The notes below the pieces were generated by a model. That model saw nothing but the letters and a program-made list of their open reading frames with translations, searched no databases and was not told the origin of the DNA. Both the position numbers and the translations under genes were made by a program. A stretch of DNA of 63,990 nucleotides, filler included, from Pachysolen tannophilus NRRL Y-2460 (taxonomy: Eukaryota), in assembly GCA_001661245.1 (NCBI GenBank). It is 29 parts of 29 records of this genome, joined end to end, with 100 filler letters (N's around TTAATTAATTAA, not from the genome) between each part and the next. Parts side by side here need not be neighbours in the genome. Positions count along the whole stretch, not along the records: positions 11,760 to 14,165 come from KV454026.1; positions 14,266 to 16,547 come from KV454027.1; positions 16,648 to 18,908 come from KV454028.1; positions 19,009 to 21,254 come from KV454029.1; positions 21,355 to 23,571 come from KV454030.1; positions 23,672 to 25,873 come from KV454031.1; 23 more parts are not named here. One strand, 5' to 3'. This document shows, one piece after another, positions 12,141 to 24,006 of this stretch (the first letter of the stretch is position 1; every line of letters begins with the position of its first letter).

Positions 12141-14090
12141 ATGGTTAGATTTTTGAAACCATTTAATAGTATTTTATCAAGTTATAAATTAAGTTTTTGT
12201 TGTTCTAAAGCTTTGTATTTGAGAGTTATACCAAGGGTAACAATAAGAAGAAGATCGATAATGTCTGAAGCTTCAGTTGAATTTTTAACTTCTAGTCTTG
12301 GTAAATTAGAAATTAATCAATTACCACCTAATGTTGAGAATTCGTATCCTCAATCGAATGTGATTGATTTGCTTCGTAATTATATTACAGAGGAGTTATA
12401 CAAGTTATCAGGGGTTGATAAGAGTATTATTTTTTCAGCATTGGAATGGTCAACTACTCTTGAAAAAGGTGATTTATTAATACCAATTCCAAGATTAAGA
12501 ATAAAAAATTCAAATCCAAAAGATTTAGCTATTGAATGGGCCAAAAATTTCCCAAAATCTGGATTTTTATCAAAAGTTATAGCTGAAGGTCCATTTATTC
12601 AATTTTTTTTTTCACCAAAATTATTATATAATATTGTTATAAAAGATGTTTTAAAAAGGAAACTTGATTATGGAGCAACACCATTAGGAAAGGGGAAAAA
12701 ACTTGTTATTGAATTTTCTTCTCCAAATATAGCTAAACCTTTCCATGCTGGACATTTAAGAAGTACAATTATTGGTGGATTTCTTTCAAATTTATATGAA
12801 AAATTAGGTTGGAATGTTGTTAGAATAAATTATTTAGGTGATTGGGGTAAACAATTTGGATTATTAGCTGTTGGTTTTGAAAGATATGGTGATGAAGCAA
12901 AATTGAAAACTGATCCAATTAATCATTTATTTGATGTTTATGTTAAGATTAATAAAGATATCGAATTAGAAGGAGATTCTTTATCTGAAGAAGAATCAAC
13001 TAATGGTAAAGCTCGTTATTATTTTAAACGTATGGAAGATGGTGATGAAGAAGCTTTAAAAATTTGGAAAAGATTTCGTGATTTATCAATTGAAAAATAT
13101 ATTGATACTTATGCTCGTCTTAATATTAAATATGATGTTTATTCTGGTGAATCTCAAGTTCCAACTGAAGTTATGGAAAAAGCTACAGAAATTTTTAAAG
13201 AAAAAAATTTGGCTCAAGAAGATAATGGTGCTTTACTTATTGATTTAACAAAATTTAATAAAAAATTAGGTAAAGCTGTTGTTCGTAAAAGAGATGGTAC
13301 TTCATTATATCTTACTCGTGATGTTGGTGAAGCAATGTCAAGATATGAAAAATATAAATTTGATAAGATGATTTATGTTATAGCTTCACAACAAGATTTA
13401 CATACTGCTCAATTTTTTGAAATTTTAAAACAAATGGGTTTTGAATGGGCAAATAGATTACAACATGTTAATTTTGGAATGGTTTTAGGTATGTCTACAA
13501 GAAAGGGAACTGTTGTATTTTTGGATAATATTTTGGAAGAAACAAAAGAAAAAATGCATGAAGTAATGAAGAAAAATGAAACAAAATATTCTCAAATCAA
13601 TGAACCAGAAAAAATTGCAGATTTAGTTGGTATTTCAGCTGTAATGATTCAAGATATGCAAGCAAAACGTATTAATAATTATGAATTTAAATGGGAAAGA
13701 ATGACTTCATTTGAAGGTGATACAGGTCCTTATTTACAATACGCACATTCTCGTCTTAGATCAGTTGAAAGAAAGGCAAACATTCCATTTGAAAACTTTT
13801 TAACTGCAAATTATGACTTATTAACAGAACCTCAAGCAATTTTATTAATCAGATTAATATCACAATATCCAGATGTACTAAGAGCTGCATCAAAGAACAA
13901 TGAACCAACAACTGTAGTCACTTATTTGTTCAGATTAACCCACCAAGTCTCCTCATGTTATGACGTCTTATGGGTTGCTGGTCAAGAAGAAGAATTGGCT
14001 ACTGCTCGTTCTGCCTTGTATGCTGCTGCAAGACAAGTCTTGTATAATGGTATGGTATTGTTAGGTCTTACACCTGTTGATAGAATGTAA
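12141..14090 (+). CDS. RRS1: Arginyl-tRNA synthetase with putative mitochondrial presequence (second ATG at 12261)
   Basis: EFSSPNIAKPFHAGHLRSTIIG HIGH-type motif, GMSTRKG, C-terminal GLTPVDRM. Confidence 0.95.
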   Translation: MVRFLKPFNSILSSYKLSFCCSKALYLRVIPRVTIRRRSIMSEASVEFLTSSLGKLEINQLPPNVENSYPQSNVIDLLRNYITEELYKLSGVDKSIIFSALEWSTTLEKGDLLIPIPRLRIKNSNPKDLAIEWAKNFPKSGFLSKVIAEGPFIQFFFSPKLLYNIVIKDVLKRKLDYGATPLGKGKKLVIEFSSPNIAKPFHAGHLRSTIIGGFLSNLYEKLGWNVVRINYLGDWGKQFGLLAVGFERYGDEAKLKTDPINHLFDVYVKINKDIELEGDSLSEEESTNGKARYYFKRMEDGDEEALKIWKRFRDLSIEKYIDTYARLNIKYDVYSGESQVPTEVMEKATEIFKEKNLAQEDNGALLIDLTKFNKKLGKAVVRKRDGTSLYLTRDVGEAMSRYEKYKFDKMIYVIASQQDLHTAQFFEILKQMGFEWANRLQHVNFGMVLGMSTRKGTVVFLDNILEETKEKMHEVMKKNETKYSQINEPEKIADLVGISAVMIQDMQAKRINNYEFKWERMTSFEGDTGPYLQYAHSRLRSVERKANIPFENFLTANYDLLTEPQAILLIRLISQYPDVLRAASKNNEPTTVVTYLFRLTHQVSSCYDVLWVAGQEEELATARSALYAAARQVLYNGMVLLGLTPVDRM

Positions 14091-15307
14091 TACAAAGTAC
14101 TTGATTTTTTATATACACACACGACCCGGTTTCGATACCAGGTGAAAATAAAATAAAAAAAAAATNNNNNNNNNNNNNNNNNNNNNNNNNNNNNNNNNNN
14201 NNNNNNNNNTTAATTAATTAANNNNNNNNNNNNNNNNNNNNNNNNNNNNNNNNNNNNNNNNNNNNTTCTTTTTTTTTTACAATGTGATATAAACCAAATT
14301 TATAACATACTTTAATTATTATAATGATCCAGCAATACTCATCAATTGAACAATACTCGCATCATTCCCCTATCTTGAGTTAGCGGGAACTATTTGTGAT
14401 TCACTGCATCTCAAATAGTTTAGGGGCAAGAACCTCTTACCTAACTTTAAAAAAAACTTTATGCAAGTTAGCGGTTACGATAAGTTCTGCGCCGCACTAG
14501 AAATTTCATCTTATCTAAACCCATAAACCTTTTATCCCCAATTCAAATTTACTTCTTGTAAATCATAAAGCAAAAAAAAAGAAATACGATGCATTCCTGT
14601 TGATATAGTTTTCTTGTTTTTTTCTTTTTTTGGGCGAAGTCGAATATATGTGGAGAGAATAACATATTTATTGAAAATGATTTAAAATTTGTATGTATAA
14701 TAAAGATATGTATTATTGTATACTTGGAAACGTACTATTATTACAATTTGCTTGAAAAAATAGTCTAGACTTAAATAGTCTAGACTTACACCAACCAACT
14801 TGATAAGACTTAAAAGTACCAGTAATAGAGTGAATGCTAACAGGTACGAGAATAACGGTTCTCTGACCGAATAAAAATAAATATCTATCACTCTTTTATG
14901 TTTCTTGAGACAATAATAGCTTTAAAAGTAGCAAGAAAAAAAAAAAAAAAAATAAAACAGGAAAAAAATTCTCCTATAAACGTAACTACTTATTAGCCAA
15001 CTAACCTATCAATTGATCAATGAATCTCAAGGTGTGATCCATGACTTCTTCAGATTCAATTCTTCTAAATGAATTCTGCCAAATGGCCGGTGTAAATTTA
15101 CGCGCTTTTTGTATTTCTTTTTTCTTTTTTTGGCGTGTCAATTGGACTTGGTTTTCCGGGTACAAGAAAAAGAAAAGAAAAAAGTTTTGTTTTCTTAACC
15201 AGAATCCATTTTGTAAATGTGTTTAAATCAATTTAAATTGGTATTTTTATAGATACGAGTCATCAGTTGAAGATTGTTGTAATTGAAAGAGAAATTTTCG
15301 TAGGAAG

Positions 15308-16252
15308 ATGACTACTTTAAAGAAAGATAATTTAAATTTCAGGAATAGGAAAAAACCCAATAATAAAAATGATTCTTCCAAAATTACCGAATCAATAACC
15401 AATATTGATACATCGTCGGATGAAACAGCTAATGACCCAGATTTTATTTCTTCAACTAAACTTGAAGAGTCTTCTATTTCAACAAATTCGGAGAATAGTA
15501 ATGTGGTGGAGAATGAGAATGAGAATGAGAATATTTCTACTGGTGATCGAATAATAAAAGAATTAAAACAAGAAGTTGATGAGGTAGTTTCTTTTTTACA
15601 ATATCATCTGCGATTCCATAATTTTATTCATAAATATGAAGTTCCAAGAAAAATATTTCATTCAAGTATTGGATTTATTACTCTTTTCTTATACCGATCA
15701 GGATATGAACTTAATCAAATAACACCAAAGATGGTTACCGCTTTTGTGGTGATTTTATTATTGGACGTTATACGTTTCCAATCACCAATTTTTAATCAAT
15801 TATATGTGAAGGCTGTGGGATGGATGATGAGAGAAAGAGAAGTGAAAAATTCTTATAACGGTGTATTATATTACCTCTTGGGAATAATAATTACATTTTC
15901 TTGGTGCTCAAGAGATATTGCAGTACTTTCAGTTTTATTATTATCATGGGCAGATACAGGTGCATCTACATTTGGTCGTCTTTATGGGAAATATACTCCA
16001 AAAATTACCAAAAATAAATCACTAGCTGGTTGTATTGCTGCTTTCATTGCTGGAAATTTTTCATTATGGATTTTCAATTATATGGCTAGACCAGAGGATA
16101 AACATAATTTAACTCTTTTAGATTATATTTTAACAGGATTTATTGCTGCAATAAGTGAAGGAATCGATATTGGAATAGATGATAATCTTACTATCCCAGT
16201 ATTGAGTAGCCTCTTCTTAACACTCTACAGAAAGTTCGCAATTAACTTATAA
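15308..16252 (+). CDS. DGK1: CTP-dependent diacylglycerol kinase
   Basis: EVPRKIFHSSIG, LLSWADTGASTFGRLYG, KSLAG, DDNLTIPV. Confidence 0.92.
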   Translation: MTTLKKDNLNFRNRKKPNNKNDSSKITESITNIDTSSDETANDPDFISSTKLEESSISTNSENSNVVENENENENISTGDRIIKELKQEVDEVVSFLQYHLRFHNFIHKYEVPRKIFHSSIGFITLFLYRSGYELNQITPKMVTAFVVILLLDVIRFQSPIFNQLYVKAVGWMMREREVKNSYNGVLYYLLGIIITFSWCSRDIAVLSVLLLSWADTGASTFGRLYGKYTPKITKNKSLAGCIAAFIAGNFSLWIFNYMARPEDKHNLTLLDYILTGFIAAISEGIDIGIDDNLTIPVLSSLFLTLYRKFAINL

Positions 16253-16723
16253 ACATAAATGATTTCACAAGATCCAAGACATTCGTTTTTACATTATATA
16301 TCTCCTCCCTACCATTCCATCTCGTTATCCAGATAGAGAACTTTTGAAGGTTGTTTATATATTCTTTTTATTTATATATATTGTGTGTATATAATATGTA
16401 TTTGTATACATATTTAGTAGTTTGGGAAATATCAAAAAATTTTGACGTAAAAATTAAAATTTAAAATTGAAAATGAAAACATTTTAGAAATTGGACAGAG
16501 ATATATATCTACTATAGTATTTGATTGATTGTATTTTTTTTTTTTTTNNNNNNNNNNNNNNNNNNNNNNNNNNNNNNNNNNNNNNNNNNNNTTAATTAAT
16601 TAANNNNNNNNNNNNNNNNNNNNNNNNNNNNNNNNNNNNNNNNNNNNTTTTAATTGTTAATGTTGTTTTTTTTTTTTTTTTTTTTAGCTTTGTTTTGTCC
16701 CTATAACTAATAAATCCATAACT

Positions 16724-18115
16724 ATGAACTATTTGCTATCACCAAATAAATTCCCATTTAATAAATGGACAAATAATGTAATGGACAATGAAGAAATAGA
16801 AAGCGACTCAACAGCGGTTTTGAAAAAGATAAAAGAGCAGACAAGCAGTGCTAGAGAGAATTTACAAGGTGTTGAACTTGATGATACAGATCAAAGTATT
16901 AATCTTATCTTGAAAGATGCTGGTCTTAATCCACGAATGACAAATAATAACCATAAGAAAGACTATAGATTTAGAGATTATTTTGATTCTGGTGCTGCAC
17001 CTAAACAAAGAGCTGATGGAGAGTTGGAGGATAGTAAGAAAAGAAGAGAAAATTTTTTAGCAAAGTTGAAAGAAAAGGAAAATCAATTGCTTCACAATAA
17101 TAATAATAATAATAATAACAGATCTTTTTTATTTCCATCTTCAGCTGGAAGTGATGGTCTTGATGTGCTAGATACCGTTTCAAGGAAACATATGCCCGAG
17201 AAGAAACGGTTTAATTCGAATTTGATTCCATCTCCTTTACCAATTTCACCACCTAGTCATATTAAGCGTTTAAAAGAAAATTTACAAATGGAATCTAATT
17301 ATGAACCTCCAAGACAAACCCAAAAAAGGTTAGAAGAAGAATTGAAATTTTGTAATCACAAAGAGCAACTGTTGAGAAGGGAAAGACTTGAAATGGAACA
17401 AAAGCGTATACAGGAAGAAGTTGAAAGAAACCTTTTCCGAAAACAACAATTAGAATTAGAAAAATTAAAAGAAGAAGCAGATAGAAAAGAACGTGAAAAT
17501 TTTGAACTTGAAAAAAGGCTAAAATCTCAACAAGAACCGAATATTAATTTATATTCAAATAAAGAGAATAAAGAAAATATTGAAAAGATTGAAAATGATA
17601 CAATGGAACTTCTTTCAAAAAATCAAAATAATGAAGATAATTTCAAAGAAAGAAATCAAATTCAAGATGAGACATATTTAATAGAAATCCAGAACTTGAA
17701 AAAAGAAATTTTTGAATTACAAATTGAAAACAAATCTTTAACCCATAAAAATGAAAATCTTTTAACTAAGTTGAATAATATTTCAGACAATTTACAATCA
17801 CTAATTTTAAAAAATGAAAAACTAATTGAAGATAATAAGATAAAATCTGAAAAATTAGAAGAAGTCTTAATAGAGAATGAAAAATTTTTCAAATATATAG
17901 AAAATAATTCTAAAAAATTTATTGAAGATTTAAGTTTGAATAATACTTCTTCTACAATTGATACTACAAACGTTCAATATTCTAAGAGATCATTAGAAGA
18001 TATTTTCACAGTTGATTTGAAAGATAAAACGGAAAATGGGGGTTCTAAAATTGCATTCGATACCAATGACACAACTCAATTATTAATGTATGGCTCTGAT
18101 AAAATCCATTTCTGA
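16724..18115 (+). CDS. Uncharacterised coiled-coil protein
   Basis: 463-aa ORF with an E/K/Q/N-rich heptad-like C-terminal half; no family recognised. Confidence 0.75.
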   Translation: MNYLLSPNKFPFNKWTNNVMDNEEIESDSTAVLKKIKEQTSSARENLQGVELDDTDQSINLILKDAGLNPRMTNNNHKKDYRFRDYFDSGAAPKQRADGELEDSKKRRENFLAKLKEKENQLLHNNNNNNNNRSFLFPSSAGSDGLDVLDTVSRKHMPEKKRFNSNLIPSPLPISPPSHIKRLKENLQMESNYEPPRQTQKRLEEELKFCNHKEQLLRRERLEMEQKRIQEEVERNLFRKQQLELEKLKEEADRKERENFELEKRLKSQQEPNINLYSNKENKENIEKIENDTMELLSKNQNNEDNFKERNQIQDETYLIEIQNLKKEIFELQIENKSLTHKNENLLTKLNNISDNLQSLILKNEKLIEDNKIKSEKLEEVLIENEKFFKYIENNSKKFIEDLSLNNTSSTIDTTNVQYSKRSLEDIFTVDLKDKTENGGSKIAFDTNDTTQLLMYGSDKIHF

Positions 18116-19020
18116 TCCCTTTCGGCATTACGACACTAGTTGTTTGATTTCTAGAAAAAAAAAAAAAAAGAAAGAAAAAAAAGGGAAGTTACTGTGACGT
18201 TAGTGAACAATATATACACTTTCTCCCTATCTTCATTGCATTTTGTATTATTAATTTTATAAAATTTGGGTTTCAAGTTTTTCATTCCAATTTATTTGTA
18301 AATTAGAAACTTTATAAATTTTAGATCTTCATTTCTTTAAGCTATATAATATATATAATTTTTTAAGAGCTATTTTTTAGGACAGAAGAAAACAGGTACT
18401 ATTTTTTTTTTTTTTTGCAAAGTCAACTGATTTCAGTAAATAGGATGGTGTTTTCTCTGCTACTGATGTTGAACAATCAAGGATATTTTAATTAATTCAA
18501 ACTCCTTTAAAATACTATGATGATCTCTGTCATATTTAAGAACAAATTTCAAAAAGTAGCCTCAAAACAGTTAACACCGTTACAATTCCAACAGATCTTA
18601 ACATAAGAAAAATTTAGTTGTAAATTCTGGAGAAAAGAGGAAGCAGCCATAATGACTGTACTGTAAACTTTGTTTAAACCAAACGGTTTAAACATCATCA
18701 ACTCAAAATGTCAAAAAAAAATTAAAAAAAAAGTAGAAAAAAAAAAGAAGAGACCTAGACTAAGCCTTAATCCAAGTTCTTGAGTAAAAATCATTGAGCC
18801 ATGGATAGAAATGATACTACGAGTGGAATTCAAAATGAAACAGCGACCAGGAGGTACCAGCAGCATATTTGACTTACAAATTAAATTAATATTATGAACA
18901 AACTTTTTNNNNNNNNNNNNNNNNNNNNNNNNNNNNNNNNNNNNNNNNNNNNTTAATTAATTAANNNNNNNNNNNNNNNNNNNNNNNNNNNNNNNNNNNN
19001 NNNNNNNNAATTTTAAAAAA

Positions 19021-19055
<35 letters not shown>

Positions 19056-19397
19056 CTATTTCTATTTATTCTGTATTTACGCTTTGTGAAGAGTAGGGGG
19101 GTTTAGTGTAGCAAAAGATGTCAACTCTCCTTATTTCTTCTCTTGTAACCTTTCTTCTTCTTTTTCTTTTTTTTGTTTTGTTATTTTTCTTTGACCTTTC
19201 CCTTTAACGTTTCAAATTACTTTTATTTATATTGAAAAGATACATATATATATATATATATAGATTTTAGATTTTGAGTTGATGGTGCCATCTATCTGCA
19301 TTTTCCGTTTTGGTTTTCTTTATTTTTTTATTTTTAAATTTAATCAATTACACATTTCGGTAAAAATTATATATATATATATATATATTATATATTT

Positions 19398-20909
19398 TCA
19401 AAAATCTAATAAATCCTCTGCTTCTCTCTTTTTAACTCCTTCATCTTTAATGATACTTTTAGCGAAATCGTCAAAAGTAGCTATGCTTTTTTGGAAAAGG
19501 TCCAAACTGGTATTGTTATCCTTATTTAAACCTTCATTTGCATTAATTAAGTCTCTTAAATTTAAGGCACTTGTTAGTGGGTTAAAACCAATATGGATTG
19601 GAATTGAGATATTTCCTGTACCTGGATGAACTGCAAATGGAGATTTCAATAAATGATGCGTTTGTTTTGAGACTTCTAAATCTAATTTTGGATATAATAA
19701 AAACAATACCAAATCTTTTTTAAAATCTTTTAAATTTTGTAATAACTTTTTGTTATTTATATTTGATTTTGATTGTGGTAAAAATTTTTCTAAAATTGAT
19801 AATTTTTCAAATCCACTTAAATTAGGGTTTGATTCCAAATAATTTGATAATTCCAATATACTTTGTTTATTAAATAATAATTGGGATTCATTAGTATTAT
19901 AAGATTTCAATTTATCTATTAAGAAATCATTTTTAATATTTTGATTTTTTAAAAAATTTTCAAAATAATTTTTTTTATTATTATAAATGATATTAAAACT
20001 TTTCTCTAATAATGGATGATATGGTTTTCTTAAAACATTTTCTTTACTTATATCAAAATATTCAATTATTGCACGTCTCTGTGGATCATTTAAAGATCTT
20101 GCATTTTTATCACTAACCCAACAATGAATACCTCTACGTCCAGAAAAAATCCAAATTAAATGTTTAAAACCAAAATCTTGTTTTAACCCACTTTCAACGA
20201 TTTCAATTGCAATATCAATAAACATCCAACATTTTTCACAAATATCAGTTTTAGAACAACAAGATCTAACTTCATCATAATCAGTCAAATCAATATCGAA
20301 AACCAATTCTTTCTCTAAAGGTTTTAACACATTCTTACTATTGGATAATACTTTACGTTTATTTGGAGGAAGCGTATAAATAGCACCTATTTCAAATCTT
20401 GTTGGATTTGATTTTACAACTTGTTGTTTAAAATCTTGATAACTTGAAAAAGAATTATAACGTTGATAAGCTCCACTTTTAAATTCAAACGCAAATTCCC
20501 TATTTATAAAATCATTATTTGGCACTGGTGAATGATTTAACCATAAGAAAATCGACTTGAAAGGTAATAACCTCTCGTAATAGTATAACATATCAGAAGA
20601 AGACGGCTTATACGACCGAGTAGCAGCAGCATCAGCATCAGCAGCAGTATCAGCAGTAGCAGTGGCAGCAGAATTCTCATTGTCATCCTGTAACAAAATT
20701 GAGTCACCACTTTTTTTTTCTTCTTCCTTTTCTTCTTCTTCTTCTTCTTCTCTACTATTTTTTAATACTTCATTTGACGGTATTAAACTAATCTCTGGAG
20801 GTGAGGTATCTCTATGTTCCACTTGTGGTTTGACTGGCGACGAACTATCATTATTCAAACCAAATGATCTACCACCCTCAGGAGCACTCTCTGAAGCAAA
20901 CGACGGCAT
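19398..20909 (-). CDS. PRI1: DNA primase small catalytic subunit
   Basis: REFAFEF, KELVFDIDLTDYD, FSGRRGIHCWVSD, HLLKSPFAVHPGTG. Confidence 0.95.
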   Translation of the reverse strand: MPSFASESAPEGGRSFGLNNDSSSPVKPQVEHRDTSPPEISLIPSNEVLKNSREEEEEEEKEEEKKSGDSILLQDDNENSAATATADTAADADAAATRSYKPSSSDMLYYYERLLPFKSIFLWLNHSPVPNNDFINREFAFEFKSGAYQRYNSFSSYQDFKQQVVKSNPTRFEIGAIYTLPPNKRKVLSNSKNVLKPLEKELVFDIDLTDYDEVRSCCSKTDICEKCWMFIDIAIEIVESGLKQDFGFKHLIWIFSGRRGIHCWVSDKNARSLNDPQRRAIIEYFDISKENVLRKPYHPLLEKSFNIIYNNKKNYFENFLKNQNIKNDFLIDKLKSYNTNESQLLFNKQSILELSNYLESNPNLSGFEKLSILEKFLPQSKSNINNKKLLQNLKDFKKDLVLFLLYPKLDLEVSKQTHHLLKSPFAVHPGTGNISIPIHIGFNPLTSALNLRDLINANEGLNKDNNTSLDLFQKSIATFDDFAKSIIKDEGVKKREAEDLLDF

Positions 20910-21021
20910 TCTGGATCACCCACTATCTTTTAGCTCCAACAACACTCACACGTTAAAAATAATAAAATAATAATTAAATACATAATATACTTAACTCATT
21001 TCTAGCCCTATTAGATGGAAA

Positions 21022-21073
21022 GACGCGCGCGCCAAAAATAATAAAAAAAAAAATGTTTAAAAGTAGTTCGCGT
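21022..21073. promoter_or_regulatory. MCB-like G1/S elements upstream of PRI1
   Basis: ACGCGCGC at 21022 and TCGCGT at 21068, 110-160 bp upstream of a replication gene. Confidence 0.55.
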
Positions 21074-21212
21074 AAGTACAAAACACACTAATTAGGAAAT
21101 TTATAAACAAAAACGACAAAAACGGTAAAAACCCAGTAGTGTACGTATTACCAGTTATTCTTATTATAGAAACTTGTGTTTTGAGAGCACGTTTTTAATG
21201 TGGTGTGGGATT

Positions 21213-21252
<40 letters not shown>

Positions 21253-22030
21253 TTNNNNNNNNNNNNNNNNNNNNNNNNNNNNNNNNNNNNNNNNNNNNTT
21301 AATTAATTAANNNNNNNNNNNNNNNNNNNNNNNNNNNNNNNNNNNNNNNNNNNNTATATAAATAAAAATAATTAAGTAAAAAAAAAAAAAAAAAAAATGT
21401 GAATTGCAATAAATAATTATCAAAAGCAACAACAAAAATATAGTATAGTTATGATGATGATGATGATGATAATTGTATTTATATAGTAGTAATAATAGAA
21501 GAAAAAGAAAAGAAAAGAAGAAAAGAAAAGAAAAAAAAAGAGCTAGAACAGACAAACAATAAAAAAAAGAGAAAGCGAGTAAGTTAAGAAAAAAAAAAAA
21601 ATATGAATCAAAAAGAATTTCAAATTCTCTATTATATCTTTCAATTTTGCTATTATTTTAAGTATAATTAATTCTTTTCTTCTATTTCTTTTTTCTTTCT
21701 CTTTTTCTAAAAAATAAAAATAAAAAAAAAAAAAAAAAAAAGGTAAAGAGAAAAACACAACACAATTTTTAATGGGAAATAATAGATAAAAACACATACA
21801 ACTCAAAGGTAGAAAAGAAATGGAAAATATAATGAAATAAAAAAAAAAAAAAAATAATAAAACTAATAATAATAATAATAATAAAAATAAAAATAAAAAT
21901 AAAAAAAAAAAAAGAATATAAATTATTCTTTTTTCAAACTTTTTTCAAATTTCATTTTCATTCTTTTTTTTTTTTTGTTTTTTGTTTTTTATTATAATTA
22001 TCATTATTGATGTTGTTTTCTTGAAAACTT

Positions 22031-22579
<549 letters not shown>

Positions 22580-23172
22580 CTAAAATAAAAAAAAATAAAA
22601 GAAAAAAAAATTGTTAGTACTAAACAACAAAATGATTTGATTTGATTTGAATTGATCTAATTTTGATTTTAATTGATTAAACCAATTTCTCTTTTTCAAT
22701 TTCAGCTTACTTTTCAAATTTGATTGAAATTGATTTGATTCCACCAATTAATCAATTAGCCGTTTAAGCAATTCAATTGATTACAATAAATTAATATAAA
22801 AAGAAAAGAGAAACAGCAAAATGAATAAAAACTTGAAAGTAAAAAAAAAAGAAAGAAAAAAAAAGAAGAGAAAAAATTTTTGAAATATTCTATTAAAATA
22901 ATTAGTGTAGTGTGACACGAGGAAGTATGAACTTTTTCTCTTTGAAAAAACCCACCAATTCCAATAAGAATTAAACGGCCTAGTTTAATGGTTCTAAATA
23001 AGAATTGAAACTAAAAGAATCAAATATCAAACTTCAGATTTAAAAAACAAAATCAAAACTAGATTTAAATTCCAATCAAATCAATAAATAAACTAGAAAA
23101 ATATATATATATGTATATGTATATACATATATATATATATATATAAATTCAAGCGCGGATTAAAACACGTAC
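22580..23172 (-). other. 5'-UTR spliceosomal intron of ARF ending immediately before the ATG
   Basis: TAG|ATG, TACTAAC at 22613-22619, donor AG|GTACGT at 23172 (alternative GTAAGC at 22710). Confidence 0.7.
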
Positions 23173-24006
23173 CTTGTAATACTATATAATTGATTTTTTG
23201 CTAATATTAAATATTGAATTTATTAAAATCAATTATTTAATTTATCTAGAAATTAATATATATGCCAATTCTAAATAAAAAAATAAATTAATTAAATAAT
23301 TATATATATATTTATATATATATTAGTATATATATATATATATCAATTAAATTATATAGATTTGGTATTAATTTCAAGTAATCAAAGAAAAAGAGAAAAA
23401 ATAGCGATTGCCTTACTATTTTTCCATTCAGTTGAACAACAAAGCAAAAAAATCAAAAAAAAAAAAAAAAAAAAAAAATCGAAAAATACAAAAATGTTCA
23501 AGGGTTACGATACACTTATACAACTAATATGTGAATTTGTTTTTTATACAATTTTAATGTAGAGTATTTGTNNNNNNNNNNNNNNNNNNNNNNNNNNNNN
23601 NNNNNNNNNNNNNNNTTAATTAATTAANNNNNNNNNNNNNNNNNNNNNNNNNNNNNNNNNNNNNNNNNNNNAAAAAAAAAAAAAAAAATTTTTTTCTTTT
23701 TTGTACTATGGGTTTTTATGTAGCGAGCGGTATTATTCATTTTTTTTCTTTCTTTCTTTTCTTTAATTTAATTTAATTAATTAATTTAATACTTTTATCT
23801 ATTTTCTTTTTTCCTTTCTTTCTGGATAATTTTTTGGGTGTATGTTTAATCATTATCGTCATTATTAGCATATATATTAATTACAAGTCAAAGTGTCTGC
23901 ATCTGTTTTAAATAATATTGAAATTGAAACTTTCAAGTCCACTATTTTGAGGCCCACGACCCCAATCCCATTACTAAATTCATTATCATTTACAAATTCT
24001 AATCAA

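Noticed and set aside
14120..14145. T-arm/B-box-like GACCCGGTTTCGATACCAGG after ArgRS
   Set aside because: No D-arm, anticodon arm or acceptor stem, and an imperfect B-box
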